Shown in pieces: positions 11,608 to 25,100 of a stretch of DNA of 64,000 bases (the stretch's first letter is position 1; each line of letters begins with the position of its first letter). A model generated the notes under the pieces. It saw only the letters and a program-made list of their open reading frames with translations. It searched no databases and was not told the DNA's origin. The position numbers and the translations under genes are program-made. Origin of the DNA: Dipteris shenzhenensis (lineage: Eukaryota); NCBI GenBank assembly GCA_047967505.1, contig CM106538.1. One strand, 5' to 3'.

Positions 11608-12665
11608 TGGGTGTATTTCTTGAATTAAAGATGCATTTCAAACATTAAGGCTATGTCTGAGAAACAACTAGGATGTTACATAAAATGCCTCAGAACATAT
11701 GGAGGGGAGAGCACCTCTGAATTGAGTTTGATGCATATATACAAGATTATAAAGAGAAAAGATAGGGTAAGTTTTGAGATAGCAAGAGATATGATGAATA
11801 AGAAACATATGCCATTGTATTATTGGGCTGAGGTAATATATACAACAATCCATATTATGAAAAGGATGTCTATCACAGTCACAACTTACATGACAATATA
11901 TCAAAAGTTGTGGGGGAGGAAGCTGAATTACCATTGGTTACTAGTCCAAGTGCTGACAAGAGTGTAGGGAAGTATTTACCACCACCACATGCATGAAAAA
12001 TGGCACAAAATGAGACAAAACCACAAGTGTGGAGATCAAAGAGTATCACACATCTAGTTGATATATTGACTTACAAAGGTTTCATTCGGATGTATTTTTG
12101 TTACATGGTTTCTAGAGTACATGTTGAGACTCAAAGAAGCAATTGGAAACAAGGGTTGGGAACATGTTATGGATGAGGAGATGGCTTCCCTCATTAACAA
12201 TAAGATATGGGATTTTTTCAAGCTGGCATAGGAAAAGAAAACTGTAGTTTGCAAGTGGGTGTACAATGTGAAATGAAAAGTGGATTGTGGCATAGAAAGG
12301 TTATGCATAGGCATAAGGTTTTGACTACAAAGAAACATTTAGTCCTATGGCAAATATGGGTATTGAGCATACTATGATTGTATTAGCATCCATTTATGGC
12401 TGGAAATTATGGTGGATGTGAAGGATGCCTTTTTTAATGGAACACTAAAAGAGAAAGTCCTAGGGATACATGCATCCAAAGTACCCGGACTATGTTTGCA
12501 AGTTCAAGAAAGCACTCTATGGATTGAAGTAGGCACCTAGAGCTTGGTGTAAGAAAATCACGAGATTTCTTTAGGATGTTGGGTTCAATCTATCAAATGC
12601 TGATTACTCCCTTTATGTGCCACACATGAAAGATGGAGTGGTGATAATAGTGATTTATGTTGACA
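11608..12665 (+). pseudogene. Degenerate Ty1/Copia integrase-RT fragment
   Basis: Integrase motifs IKCLRTYGGE and MPLYYWAEVIYTTIHIMKR; RT motifs WEHVMDEEMASL..NKIWD, VCKWVYNVK, VKDAFFNG, KKALYGLK*APRAW and IVIYVDN. Many stops and frameshifts. Confidence 0.9.
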
Positions 12666-15455
12666 ATTCCTCAATTTTCAAGCCTGGTGCCACATCATCA
12701 CTGAGTCCCTTAATTATCAAACAGGCGATGAAGTGATGCAAGTCGCAAAGCCTGAGGAACTCATGCCGTGGGTTTGCACACCCAAAAGTTTGCAAGCAAA
12801 CATCAATTGGATAAAGACCTATGGCTGAGCCTCCAATCTCAAGGGCACCTTGCAGCATTCGAGTCCACCATCTATAACCCCCTAGGCATAATAATCCTCT
12901 TCAATAGGGTGCTACAAGCTCTCAAGACTCGCTTGAGTCCTTGGTGGAGTAATTTTGAAACAATTCATGTAGCATACCCTAAGGAAGTCACCAAGGAAGA
13001 ATTCCAAGAAGCCATCACCCTCTTTAATGCTACCCTCCCTATCAAAATTCCGCCACCACCTCCTCTGGATCCCGCCCAACCCACCCAACAAGCCACCTAA
13101 CCCCCCTCCCTCGGACAACATTGCCCGAGTATTCCTCCAATGCCTCTAACACCATCACCGCATAGCACGGGACCTCCCCATCCATCTCCTCTGCCACTCT
13201 AGTCGACCTTCCTGACACAGCCTTCACCATGCTGCTCAAGGTAGCCAATTTTGTATAGGAAGCCGATGCAACAATGCCAAAAGGCACAACAGAGCCGGAG
13301 CCCATGCCCATTGCAAATGCTCCACCATCCCCACCTGCTTCCCCCCCTGAAGATGTCCAATGGCACCCAGACTTGCAGTCCTTTCAGGAGTTGCCAAACA
13401 GTGTGCTAATGCATCATTGGAAGTGCCAGCTCGAGGGCTCCCACCTCCATCTCTATGAAATTCTAGAGGTGTGCCCCCTCACACAATTCATCATGCAATC
13501 CTTCGACGACTAGTGACACATGCATCCAAAGTGCACAAGAGGAGGATACAGCCTTGCCCCTGACGCTCCAGTCCCAACAACCGATGTAGATGCCGGCGGT
13601 CTACAGCCACAATGGCGACTCCCCTTCTTGAAGTTGGAGAAATTTTGGTGCTACTACCACAATGCACACATTGATCGTTGAGTTCACCCACTGTATATGC
13701 TAATGGAACGACGATGGACTTGGGCTAAATTCATAGAACTCCAGTAGAAGGATCCAAATGTGTTGTACAACTTTCCAAAGTACAACTTCCCCAAAGAGAT
13801 GACTTAAGAGGGATTTTGCTTCTGCCTCTAGTAATTCAATGGCACATACGGCTCAGTTCCAGATCCTATCATCGTAGCAGCGGTACATTTCAACTGCCTC
13901 CTCCTCTTACTCCTCCGTGATCTCCCTGTGCAGAGTCACCCCATCGTCTCCATAATCTGGACAACCAGATTGTCTTCAATCCCGACATCGGTCATATGCA
14001 ATTCCAAGACCTCTGCCTCTACCTCCATGTCCACAATCTCCATGGACATCACATCTGCACATACGAGGATATGAACGCCACCCATTTTTGGAAGTATCGC
14101 TCGCCTCACTCCATGATAACTGGACCACTACGCAATCCTAGAGATAGTCCTCACCACCAACCTCCTCCAGCAAGACTGACCCGACCCGAGGACAGATCAA
14201 CAACAACAGGAAAGGGGGCATGTTAACATTGACAAAGTACAGTCGTCAAACACAAGGTAATTGGTGATTAGAGGTGATCAAGCCACATGATCTACTTCAT
14301 CGGCGGATAAGCTCAGGGAGTTTGACCCCCAAATACCCTCCAAATACCCCAAGGCCAGTGATTGTAAGCAATGTGCACATGGAAGGAGTACATCTCAAAC
14401 TCAGGGAGTTTGATCCCCAAATACCCGAATTCCATGGATTCCAAGCACATGTTGTATGTTCCAGTTAACACCCCAAGACCAAAGAGTACAAGCAGCGTGC
14501 ACATTTCAGGTCTACATCCATGAAAATAGCCATGAAAGGAGTACATCTCAAACTAGGCAGTTTGATCCCCAAATATCCTGAGGCAAAAGTGTCCAGGCAA
14601 CGTGCAGAGGTTATACGTCCCAGCTGCAAGCTTCTTGTTAAGTGTCTCGCGGGAGTTAAGCCTCGCCACTCTAGGTTTTGAGCCGCATTCACGAGGTTCA
14701 AGCCCTAAATGGCTTAAGGTGTGAGGGCGCTTAGGGAGTTTGAGCCCCAAATCGAGGCTAACACAAGTGCTATTTGGAAACTTAGGACCACCTCCTAATT
14801 CCAGGATTGTCCCAAGTGCTTTAATATGGTTAACACAAGTGCTATTTCAGCTAGTAGGGGAGAGATGGAAAGAATAGTAATATGCCTTGGAACCCTATGG
14901 GCCCAAGATCCTTTGGTTATAAAGAGAAGGAGAGTGCTAAAACGGAAAATGGTTGGCCCTCCCTTTAAAAGGTGACTTGTATAAAAGGCCAAAGTGTTGA
15001 CTTTGGTATTCATTGTTGTTTGCACAAGTTTGAATACAATCTCCCTCTTCTCTTCCAAGAGAGTGTTTTGGGTGTTCTCTTGTTTCCATTGTAGTGCCCT
15101 TGTGGTTGCCACTCCATCCCCCTTCACTCTCCTCTTCCCTTCTCCTTCTCCCTCCCTTCTCCCCTCTTTCCCTTCCCTCTTTCTTGTGTGGAACCACATT
15201 GCAACAATCTAGAGGCCGCTTAAGTGACACTTGCAGATGACTAGTGCCTTGCATCGCTCTCACAAGAAGTATCTCGGAGTGAAGGCTCCATCGGCATATC
15301 TTCAACATCCCCATGACACGTGAGTCACCACTAAGACCCACCATAAGTCTTTTTGTTAGATAATGCACTAAAATTGTTTCATCAAATTGTATTAGATCTT
15401 AAAGTAACATCATTTTACCAACTATCAATTTGTGGATAGAATGCTATGCGCAACA
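12666..15455 (+). mobile_element. LTR retrotransposon 3' fragment, copy 2 (extra-ORF remnant + PPT + LTR 14221-~15409/15455)
   Basis: The PPT GGAAAGGGGGCA is followed by TGTTAACA at 14221. Candidate ends are TAACA (15409) or CAACA (15455). ORF remnants 12768-13513 lie upstream. Confidence 0.75.
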
Positions 15456-15661
15456 AGTATTCTAGAAATGTATATCAGTACACAACTTATCCATGAGGGC
15501 AATTTCATTACTTATGTGGAAGTCAATTCATAAAAAATTATGTCAACCAATGGACTCGAGGGAGCATATCATCTAGAGGTGCTTAAACAATGCAACAAAA
15601 TTTTAAAAAATGGAATTCATCGATGTGTGGACATGCTTGATTTGTAGTATGTAGGAGTCCT

Positions 15662-16353
15662 TGTTGAGATATGGTGCCATGAGCACATAATTAGAGGCTA
15701 AGTTATGGTATAGGAAAGAATTAAAGTAGCCACCCTAGGATGTGCACTACAGGATGTGGAGATGTGGATGAAGGATATCCACAAGGAGAGATGTGGATCA
15801 GAGGATCCCACTTGTGTTGACTATTCAAAGGGCACTCTCTATAGAAGAGGCCTATCAAGAGGCCTATCATGTATTGTTGATATAGCACATTGGGGAATAG
15901 ATTGAGGTGGCAACACACATGATCCACAACTTGGTACTCACTCTAGTTGCATCAGTAGTAGACTCATTTGGGCATCCTCATCCCAAAGAGGTGGGCAAGC
16001 CATGAAGTTTCCCTTGGACTACTGCTAGGGTTGAGGTCATCAATTTGTGGGGGGGAATGAAGGACAAATTGATGTAATGGGATCTAGAGTCCTAAGGTCT
16101 AAGGTTGTGAGTGTGTGAACACATGGTGTGCCTGGATAGGTGTCAGTAGGTGTGATTGAGTGAATCTAGGTGTGTGGTGTGTGATTGAGAGAATCATGGA
16201 ACTGATCAAGAGATTTGTGGATCAAGATGCTCTAGTGAGCTCATATGTGATGTCACTGTTGGATGTAACTGGAGCCTATATATTGGGCCTGTCTCTCTTG
16301 AATAAACTCTCTCTTTTTGCTTCACTTGCTCAATCCTTCTTGCAACTCCAACA
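15662..16353 (+). mobile_element. LTR (~690 bp), no matching TSD
   Basis: TGTTG...CAACA termini, TATATAT at ~16276 and AATAAA at 16301. The flanks GTCCT/CTAGA differ. It truncates the Copia RNaseH on its right. Confidence 0.6.
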
Positions 16354-19300
16354 CTAGATTCTTGGCCAATGATTGTGTCTATTGATAAAAATAGTATATT
16401 GTTGTTGTCTTTGATTCATCAAAGTCATCTATTTCTGACAATAGTCTTCTAAGCCTTATAGCCTCACATGCACCTGTACTGAGTGCTCTATATTTTGCTT
16501 CAGTTGTAGACAAAGATACAGTTGGTTGTTTGTTTTTGACAACCATAATCTAGCACCTTGACCAAGAAAAAATGCAACCTTGTCTCATGATCTCCGGCAT
16601 AGTCACTCTATCATAGTATCCATGCAACCTTGGATGACTTCCTCTGTATTCTATTCCAAACTGTCTTTAACTCTTATGTATATCAAGACTCTTTTGGTTG
16701 CATTTTAGTGAGATTGGATTTGCCATAATGATCTCCGGCATAGTCACTATCATAGTATCCATGCAACCTTGGATGACTTCCTCTGTATTCTATTCCAAAC
16801 TGTCTTGTAACTCTTATGTATATCAAGACTCTTTTGGTTGCATTCTAGTGAGACTAGATTTGCCATAAACTATGCAAGTCAACTTATTGCATAATAAATA
16901 TATGGTCGTGTGATAGTCAGATATATAAGAGATCCTATGAGCTATTGGTAATACCTATCATTGATAGTAGGTTTTTCTGAACCTTTTGTAAGTTTCAAAA
17001 TCTATTCCATGGTAGTGGCTACAATCTTTGCAATCTACCATATAAAACTTCTTTAAGAGACTGTCAACATATGTTAGCTAACTCGTGAAGGTGCTATCTG
17101 AGTCTCTCTAGAACTCAATACCAATACAATAGTGCATAAGTCCAAGATCTTTCATGTCAAACTCTGCAGTAGATAATTCTTGTTTCAACTTTTTGATGAA
17201 GCTATCATTGTTTTCGGTCACAATCAGATCATCTACATACAAAAGTGCAATAGTGATGTCTTTCCCTTGAACTTTGTAGTAGAGAGTATGATCTGTATTG
17301 GATTTCATGTATCCTAGATTACCAAAATGCTTGTCAAATTGCTATACAAAATTTTTTGTGCTTGCTTTAAGCCATAGAGACTTTTCTTGAGATGGCAACC
17401 TGATTCTCTTTTCTTGGTTCAACATAACCTATTGGTTGTTGCATGTATTATTGTGCAAATCCTTTTGCAACTAGTCTAGATTTGTATCTTTTAATGCTTC
17501 CATCTAGATTGTACTTCACTTTGTAAACCCATTTGTTTGCTATGGCCTTCTTTCCTAATGGAAGGTTGCATAATTCCCAAGTATTATTCTTGTACAAAGC
17601 TTCCATTTCTTCATTCATAGCAGTTTGCCATTCTGGCTTGTTAACTGCATCTTTGAAGTACACTAGCTCTTCTATGGTCATGATGGTAGTCATAAGAGCC
17701 TAATTGGTGGTTTCAACCTAAATTGTTTTGTCTTTCTGAGCATATGTCAATATGGCTAGTGGTATGCTTTCCCTAGTAGACCATCTGAGTTGCTGTTGCT
17801 TCTGTAGGTGATTGAGTAATCTGTGTGTCTATCTCCTATGTATTTGAGGTTTTCCATTTTGATTCGTCATCAAAGATTACATCTCTAGAGATAATGACAT
17901 TCTAATTGATGGGATCATACAACTTGTATGCTTTGTTTTCTTCACTGTAGCCAACCATAATGCATTTATGTGATTGTGCATCCAATTTTTTGCCGATGAT
18001 CATAGTGTATGTGGGCATATGCTATGCAACCAAATATGTGAAGATGCCCAATGCGTGGCTTGTTAGATATGCTCAATGCCCCACCCTCCTGGTAACCACC
18101 AGTGGTCCAAGGTGCTCAAGTTGTAAGGCCCCCATATGAGGAGAAGCCATGTGTGAGCCTGGGACACTGGATGGATCCTGACTTGCATGTCAGATGAGGT
18201 CTATCAATGAGAGTGTTGATGGTAGAAAGGTGATTGTGTGGGAGCCCCTTATTCTTGTTGGGGTTTGGGGCTAGTTGGCCCCTAGCTGGGGGGTCCCAAG
18301 GGAGTTGGTGGTCCCCCTTGGTGGGGTTTCGAGGGCGGGAGCCCCCGAGGCGACGGTATAGGGAATATTCCTTGAATATTCCATGGACAACTAGTCGATT
18401 CCACTAACTAGGTTGACTGGTCGGCTCCACCGACTAGGTCGACTAGTCAACTCCATCGACTACATTGATCCGACTACCACCCTCATAGCTATAAAGAGGC
18501 GACCTCCCCAGTCCATTGTATTAGATTAGTTCAGATCAGATAAGATCTTCCAACTAGTAGCTCTTCACCTAGTATCTATCTAGATCGCCATCTAAGCTCC
18601 ACTATGGGAGTGGACGGGTGGACGGAGCCATCATCTATACTACATCAGTATTGAAGGAAAAGTTTGTTCCTCTCCAATTTGCTATGTACTCTCTATTCTT
18701 TATTCAGTTTCTGTTCCACTGCACCATGTAATTTAACATGGCTTGTGTCTAGTGAATGCTTCATAAGGTGTCATACCCTGAATTGGTTTGATTGGAAGTG
18801 GATTAAGCAAGTAGTTTACTGTGGCAATTTCTTCTACCCAATACTGGTTTGGAAGATACTTCTCAATGAGCATTACTCTAGCATTGTCTACTAAAGCACC
18901 GTTCTTCCTTTCAGCTCTTGCATTTTGCTGAGGAGTATCTGCACAAGTGAATCGTCTTTGAATGCCATTACTTCTGCTGAAGTTCATGAATGCTAAAGAT
19001 GTGTATTCACCTCCTCTTTCTGATCTCATGACTTTGATCTTTTTGCCTGTTTGGTTCTCAACCATCGCTTTGAATCCTTGAAATCTAGCTTTTGTTTATC
19101 GAAGCAACATGCTTCGCAAACTTTTCCAAGAAACTAAAGTTTTGGAATCCCAATTGCCATATTTTGATTTTTGATTTCTATCAAGCTTTTGAAACTGACA
19201 TGTCCATATCTCTTGTGCCATACTACAAAAAGTGGCTTCTATTGCGGTTGAGATGACATGGCATGCAAATTTGGTAGTACTGAAGTTAGCATTATGAACA

Positions 19301-20100
19301 AGAGTCCTTCATTGACTGGTTTTCCTACTAGCTGATATTCTCTAGATTTATCTCTGATAGTGCATTCATCTCCATTGAATATTCCTCGGTAGTTGTGTTC
19401 CGTCATTTTCCCAACTAATAAGAGGTTCTTGCTGAGCTTTGGAACATAGAGTACATCTTTCACCAATCCTTTCATACCATTGAAATTGTTCATAGGGACA
19501 ATGCCATTCTCTTGAATTGAACTCAGTGTATTATTTGCCGTGTAGATGATATTCTTCTATCCTTCTAATGGTTTCATCTCTATGAACCATTCCTGATACT
19601 TTGTCATATGAGATGATGCATCGATGTCAATGTACCAAGGATCTTGATCTGGTTGATCGACTTGATAACTGCATTCCCCTCTTGAATTGCAGTATATGTC
19701 AAGATATACTATTTCAATCTTCTACATATCCTCACTTGCAAGAAACATATTCTTAGGTTCATTGGCATAATGATTGTGACTTGAATGTCCACCGCGATGA
19801 TTTCCTATTTCTCAAAAATTGCCTTGATTACTGCTGGATGGACCCTTTAGTCATACTAGTTCTTGCGGCAATCTCTTTCATAGTGTCCAAACTTATAGCA
19901 ATAATTGCATTGAATGTTTAACATGGATGCATTCCTTCATCCTTGGAATCTTCCTCAATTGGAATGATTTCCTCTTGGTTGTTGATGCTAATGCTGTTGA
20001 GATGTTGATGCTGACTTTGCTGATGATGACCACTTTGCTAAAATGATGTTCCTCACTTGGAAGTTTGCACCACAGAGCGCAATTCGACCCATCCTTATGG
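16354..20100 (-). pseudogene. Degenerate Ty1/Copia gag-pol (zinc knuckle, protease, GAG-pre-integrase, integrase, RT, RNaseH start)
   Basis: CNYCYKFGHYERDC (~19870-19910), WYIDIDASSHMT, VKDVLYVPKLSKNLL, TPQQNARAERKN, WQTAMNEEMEALYKNNTWEL..KWVYKVK..RLVAKGFAQ, LLYVDDLIV and QPTVSLSTTEAKY. There is a ~140-bp tandem duplication at ~16588-16870. Confidence 0.95.
18061..18738 (+). mobile_element. Solo LTR (678 bp) inserted in Copia integrase
   Basis: TGTTA...TAACA termini with 5-bp TSD TGGCT on both sides. The integrase sequence resumes across it. Confidence 0.92.
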
Positions 20101-20308
20101 CCATTTTTAAGATAGTATTGGCAATCTTTTCCACACCAAGATTTTGTTCCCATGCACTCAGCCTTTAAATCCAATTGTTTAACTGCTAGTTCTTGTTGTT
20201 TCTTTGCTAGATTTGCACCAATATTTGGGCTACAACAATGGGCTCTAGTGCAACTTGGTTTGCACTAGTTGCCAAGAAATTTGGAGCTCATGGAGCTAAA
20301 TTCATATG

Positions 20309-22063
20309 ATTTTTTATTTTAAAAAAGAATACTCCACTTAGTTCTCATTTGTGTACAATGTTAGTCACTTTATGTGCAATAGTATTCCTTGAAGCACTAG
20401 ATTCACTTGCATGACTGCAAATCCTTGCCAACACCCATGGAAACAAATATCAACTTGATCTTACAATAATTATCCATACAATCACTCTACCAAATACTTT
20501 ATTAATAGAATTTGCTACCCTTTTTGCTTTTTGTAAATATGAATTGCTGTAATTTCCTAGACAAGACCCAACATCTGAGCCAAATGTTAAGAAAATTTGT
20601 TGCTTTATGCGAGTTCTCAATATTAGATTTGTTCCAATAATATTTGCATTCTACTAGTGGCTAATGCTAAAACTTATTAAATCTCGGTCACACATGACCA
20701 AATCTTGCCACACACTATTTATGGAGTATAATTACTTCAAGATTATGAATAGAGAAAATAGATATCAAAGAGAATACAAAACACACAAATCAGAGACAAA
20801 GTTGACCACACACATGGTACATTCTTGCATTGCTGAACAAAACAACTTTCAAGAAATTCATAAGAACTTATAAGAATTGCATCTAATAAGTTATGAAATA
20901 CATCATCTTCAAGTTACAAGATAAATAACAATAACAAGAAAGCCTCATCAACAAAACTATGTATTCAAATTACAACTGTTGGAAAGATATGAATTCTGCA
21001 ATCATTGCTTAGTATTATGAAGATAACTCTCTCACAAAAAAATCCAATCATGAGATCCCCAATTCGAGATACCATCCAAAACGCATATGAAAGCTAGGAG
21101 GCACACCTTACAGGTGGTGACTCTCCATGTCTGTAACTATGTAAGACATAATTTATGGGTTTTATTTGAATACTAGATGCATAGTTAGCCTATGTATCCC
21201 CGATGCACCTAGTCGCTAGGAATTTGGAGCTTGACTTGAACCCACCTAATGTTTATGGTATCATTCTGGGGAAATAAAAACCATCTTCATGTTGGAACCC
21301 ACATGAAATCTTTCTTTATGAGGTGGGCGACCGTACTTGGCCCTTTCTTTTGTTGGTTTCTCTGTCTTGATGGTCCTAGTTTCTGTATGGTTTTGGGTAG
21401 CTGAGTGGCCAGAACCTTAGGCATCCTTAGGGCCACAGGGGCCAACACTTTGGGGGGCAGATTTTCCACTGATTTTGTTATCTTCTTCTTGGCTTCCTCA
21501 TGTAGAAGGAGTATTGAGGTGCAACCTCCATAGATGAGTATGACCATGCATCGATGCCTGTCGATCTAGAAATATGTTTGCCAACACCATCCTCTTCCTA
21601 GTATCACATGCTCCTCGATCAAGCCTAGGTAAAACATAAAGGCGTGCTCGCACAACATAGTTATTCACTAAGGTGTTGATCATTATGTATCCCCCCATGG
21701 GCATGTAGATATTTTCCATTTACAACACATATCTCTTCAAGATGAGAGACAAGAGGTACCTATGGAAGTTTCTTAAATTTAGGCCTCTTTTTTGCATGCT
21801 GTTTTTTTGTACATAAAGATACCTTGCGAGATATGTTTTTATTATGATATTAAAGAATGCTCAAATTTTTTATTTTAAAAAAGAATACTCCACTTATTTC
21901 TCATTTGTGTACAATGTTAGTCACTTTATGTGCCATAGTGTCCCTTGAAGGACTAGATTCACTTGCGTGACTGCAAATCCTTGCCTACACCCATGGAAAT
22001 AAATATCAACTTGATCTTACGATATTTATCCATACAATCACTCTATTAATTCTTTATTAATAG
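20309..22063. repeat. ~200-bp direct repeats (20309-20508 and ~21865-22063)
   Basis: TTTTAAAAAAGAATACTCCACTTA...CCATACAATCACTCTA..CTTTATTAATAG is present twice. Confidence 0.85.
21287..21720 (-). pseudogene. Ty3/Gypsy aspartic-protease C-terminal fragment
   Basis: A frameshifted LYVLP..HVILGRGWCWQT..ID resembles the retropepsin (D)VILG.PW motif. Confidence 0.5.
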
Positions 22064-22140
22064 CTTCATCTATTTGACAATCAAATAGATCATCTTTTAT
22101 GATAGTTCTAGTGATACATAGAGCTTATTGAAGCTTCATC

Positions 22141-25100
22141 CACAACAACACAATGCATCCATAGACTCACGTATAGACATGTTTCTTGAATTTTAACAAA
22201 AAGTGACATGTCTAGTGAGGAAGAATCCCTCCGTATCCACCATCCGTATCCACCATTGAAAAATGTGGTTGGAGAAAAAAATCAAATGTATGTGTGATCA
22301 ACGTCAAGGAAACATGTATCATTCATGTAGAATTACACTCAATCACATCTCAAAGTATGGAGAATGGGATGGAACCGTATCCATGGTAAGTGTTAAAGCA
22401 TTGAGGTTGATTGAGATACCTATGGGTGTTCAAGTGTTTGATATATGATCCTTTTCTAATTTGATACAAGATGAAGTGCCACACGTGCATATGTTGCCCT
22501 ATGCTCGTCGTGAGGACGCGAAGCATCAGTGATATGAGGTGGGATCTTCAGGAGGGACCATTATGGATGCATGGAGTGATGGTGATAGTAGCCCTCCACC
22601 ATTACCTCATGAGGCCGTGGAGGAGGAGGTGTTCGATGATATAGTGCGAGATTTATTTGCGTATCAATCCTCAAGTAGGCATGATAGCATGGAGCAGAAC
22701 GATCTTTTTACAGCAGCATCAACACCAGTGTTTGAGGGGTGCACATTCTCTATTCTACGTGCCTCCCTTGAGTTACTAAACTTGTAGACCATCTATGGAT
22801 GGAGCAATGCAAGTTTGAATGCATTACTCAAGTAAGCTTTAAAGTCTATTTTGCAAACATGGTGATGCTAGTGGGTCAATTACTAGAATACTTTTTCTCA
22901 TTTATGGTCTTCACGTGCAGGCTATTGTCTAAAATGCTTCCAAGGGAGAATAAATTACCAACCTTCAGAGATATGGCAAGGCAACATGTGACCTCTCTTG
23001 GAGGGTTTGATCACAAGCACATCCATGCATGAGTCGATGATTGTGTTCTTTTTCGTGGACCACATAAGGGGGCAAGAGAGTGTCCTACTTGTGGCGAGGC
23101 AAGATATAGAACAGATCTCAAAACTTTGGATGTGCCTCGTAAGGTTCTGCGACATTTTCCCATAATCTCTTGCATCCAACATCTGTTCAAGTGCAAATCC
23201 ATTGTAGAGCTCATGTCATGGCATTCCTCCCATCGATCAACCGATGGCAAGTGGAGATCTCCCATAGACACTCTTGCGGAAGCATATTAAAGACACATGG
23301 CCAAGCTTCAAGGAAGAACCTAGGAACTTGAGACTTGGATTGGGTATGGATGGTGTGAACCCATTTGGTCTCAAAAGAACCTCTTACAGTGTATGGCCAG
23401 TGATATTGGTGAATTATAATCTTCTACCCTCTATGGTGATTAAGAAAGGACATGTTATGTTAACCCTTCTAATTCCAAGGAAACATAAAGTCAAAAACAC
23501 AGATGTTTATCTCGAGCCTTTGATTGATGAGCTAGAGATACTTTGGAGAGGTATCAAGGTGCATGACATGAGCAGGTCTCCCTCATCACACGAGACTTCA
23601 ATTGCAAGGCAGTTTTGATGTGGACGATGCATGACTTTCCAGGCTATGGCGAGTGTTCAGGTATGCATTGAACTTTTAATTATGAGTAGGCAATCGATGT
23701 GGCACCATAAACCATTAGGAAAAAAGGGAGCTCATTTTGGGGCCTTTTAGGGTTTAGAAAATTAGGCTCTCAACCAATCAAAAGGGGGCCAACATAATGT
23801 TGGAAAAATACCAAAAACCATGTAAAAAGATAAAATAAGTCATATTCAAGATCTATTTTTTAAATTATGTCTGACATTTGTGATCTTCAAAAGATGATTT
23901 TCTATGTAGAATTTGATGATTCTAACATCGCCAGTGCGGGCCAGCTGGCCAAATCACGTTTTAATGCAAATCCCCCACTTCGGGCATTTTTGCCCTTTTT
24001 TGAGCCCCTGAGCATTAGTTTTCGGTGTCTCCAGGGTCAATTAGGGGGTTTGGGCCCACTCCGAATGCACTGGTGACGTCAGAATCATTTACTTTTGCAT
24101 ACAAAATCAAGGACCTTATATATGCATTTAATGTGAAGCATGAGTACTAGACTGACATTTTTGCAATAAGTATTTGTATTTGATGGAATTTCCCATATTT
24201 TGAGTGCAACAAAAATAGGTAAATAGTGAATTTCTTAGAGGGCCCCAAAATGAGTTCCCTTCTTTCCTAATGCCACCTTGCTTATGCATTTGTGTCTATT
24301 GTTTAGGTCTCACTACATCAAGTTACCATGCATGTCCTGTTTGTGGTCCTTCGCTAGTTGCTTCACGAGCAAATGCATTGAATAAGGTCATCTATGAGAA
24401 TCACCATCAATTTCTCCCCCCTGATCATCCTAGATATGTTGCCCCTTGGAATGAAGTCCCCCTAGAGTCACTCACTGTAGGAGATTGGATGAGAATTTGG
24501 GACCTTTCCATGACTCCTCTTCCATGTGGCATGAGCTGATAAGGGTTTCTAAGTATTGTGTGAATGGAAACGCTAACACCATCTTTTGTTTAGATACTCC
24601 ATCTTTAATTGGCTACCACATTGGTCCCACCTCAAGATCAATCACTTGCTTAATCCCATACATATCTTCAAGAATGTAGCATCTACCATTTGGGAACATT
24701 TGAATGGGACAAAAGATCCTGTAGGCATAAGACAGGATCTACACACCACAGGGACGATGCATGAAGCTTGGCCACAAGAGAGGCCAAATGGGCGTGTCTT
24801 TTTACCCCGTGCACCATGGAAGTTATCAAAGCTAGAGATGGTGGTGGCAGTGAAGCGGGCTATCATGATAATTCATACTCCCAGTGGATGCATGAGGTGT
24901 TTGAAGGGGGCCTTCACAAAGAGCAAGAAAATAGGTGTAGAGCAATTATACGGCTTGAAATCTCATGATTGGCACAATATGCTCTAAGTGTGACTTCGCA
25001 TAATCTCTTTTTCCTTCCAAATTTGTGAGTGTAGAAGCAATTAATTAACCATCGCTCATGTGTTCAGTTCATACTACCTACTAGCATTTCTCTTATTTCT

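Noticed and set aside
7529-15409. LTRs at 7529 and 14221 as the 5'/3' pair of one intact element
   Set aside because: Both are preceded by a PPT and the same internal sequence, there is no TSD or clear PBS, and the interior is unrelated satellite and fragments.
12658-15455. 2.8-kb solo LTR with TGTTG...CAACA ends
   Set aside because: The TGTTG is part of the Copia YVD codons, the flanks ATTTA/AGTAT do not match, and an internal PPT marks the true LTR start at 14221.
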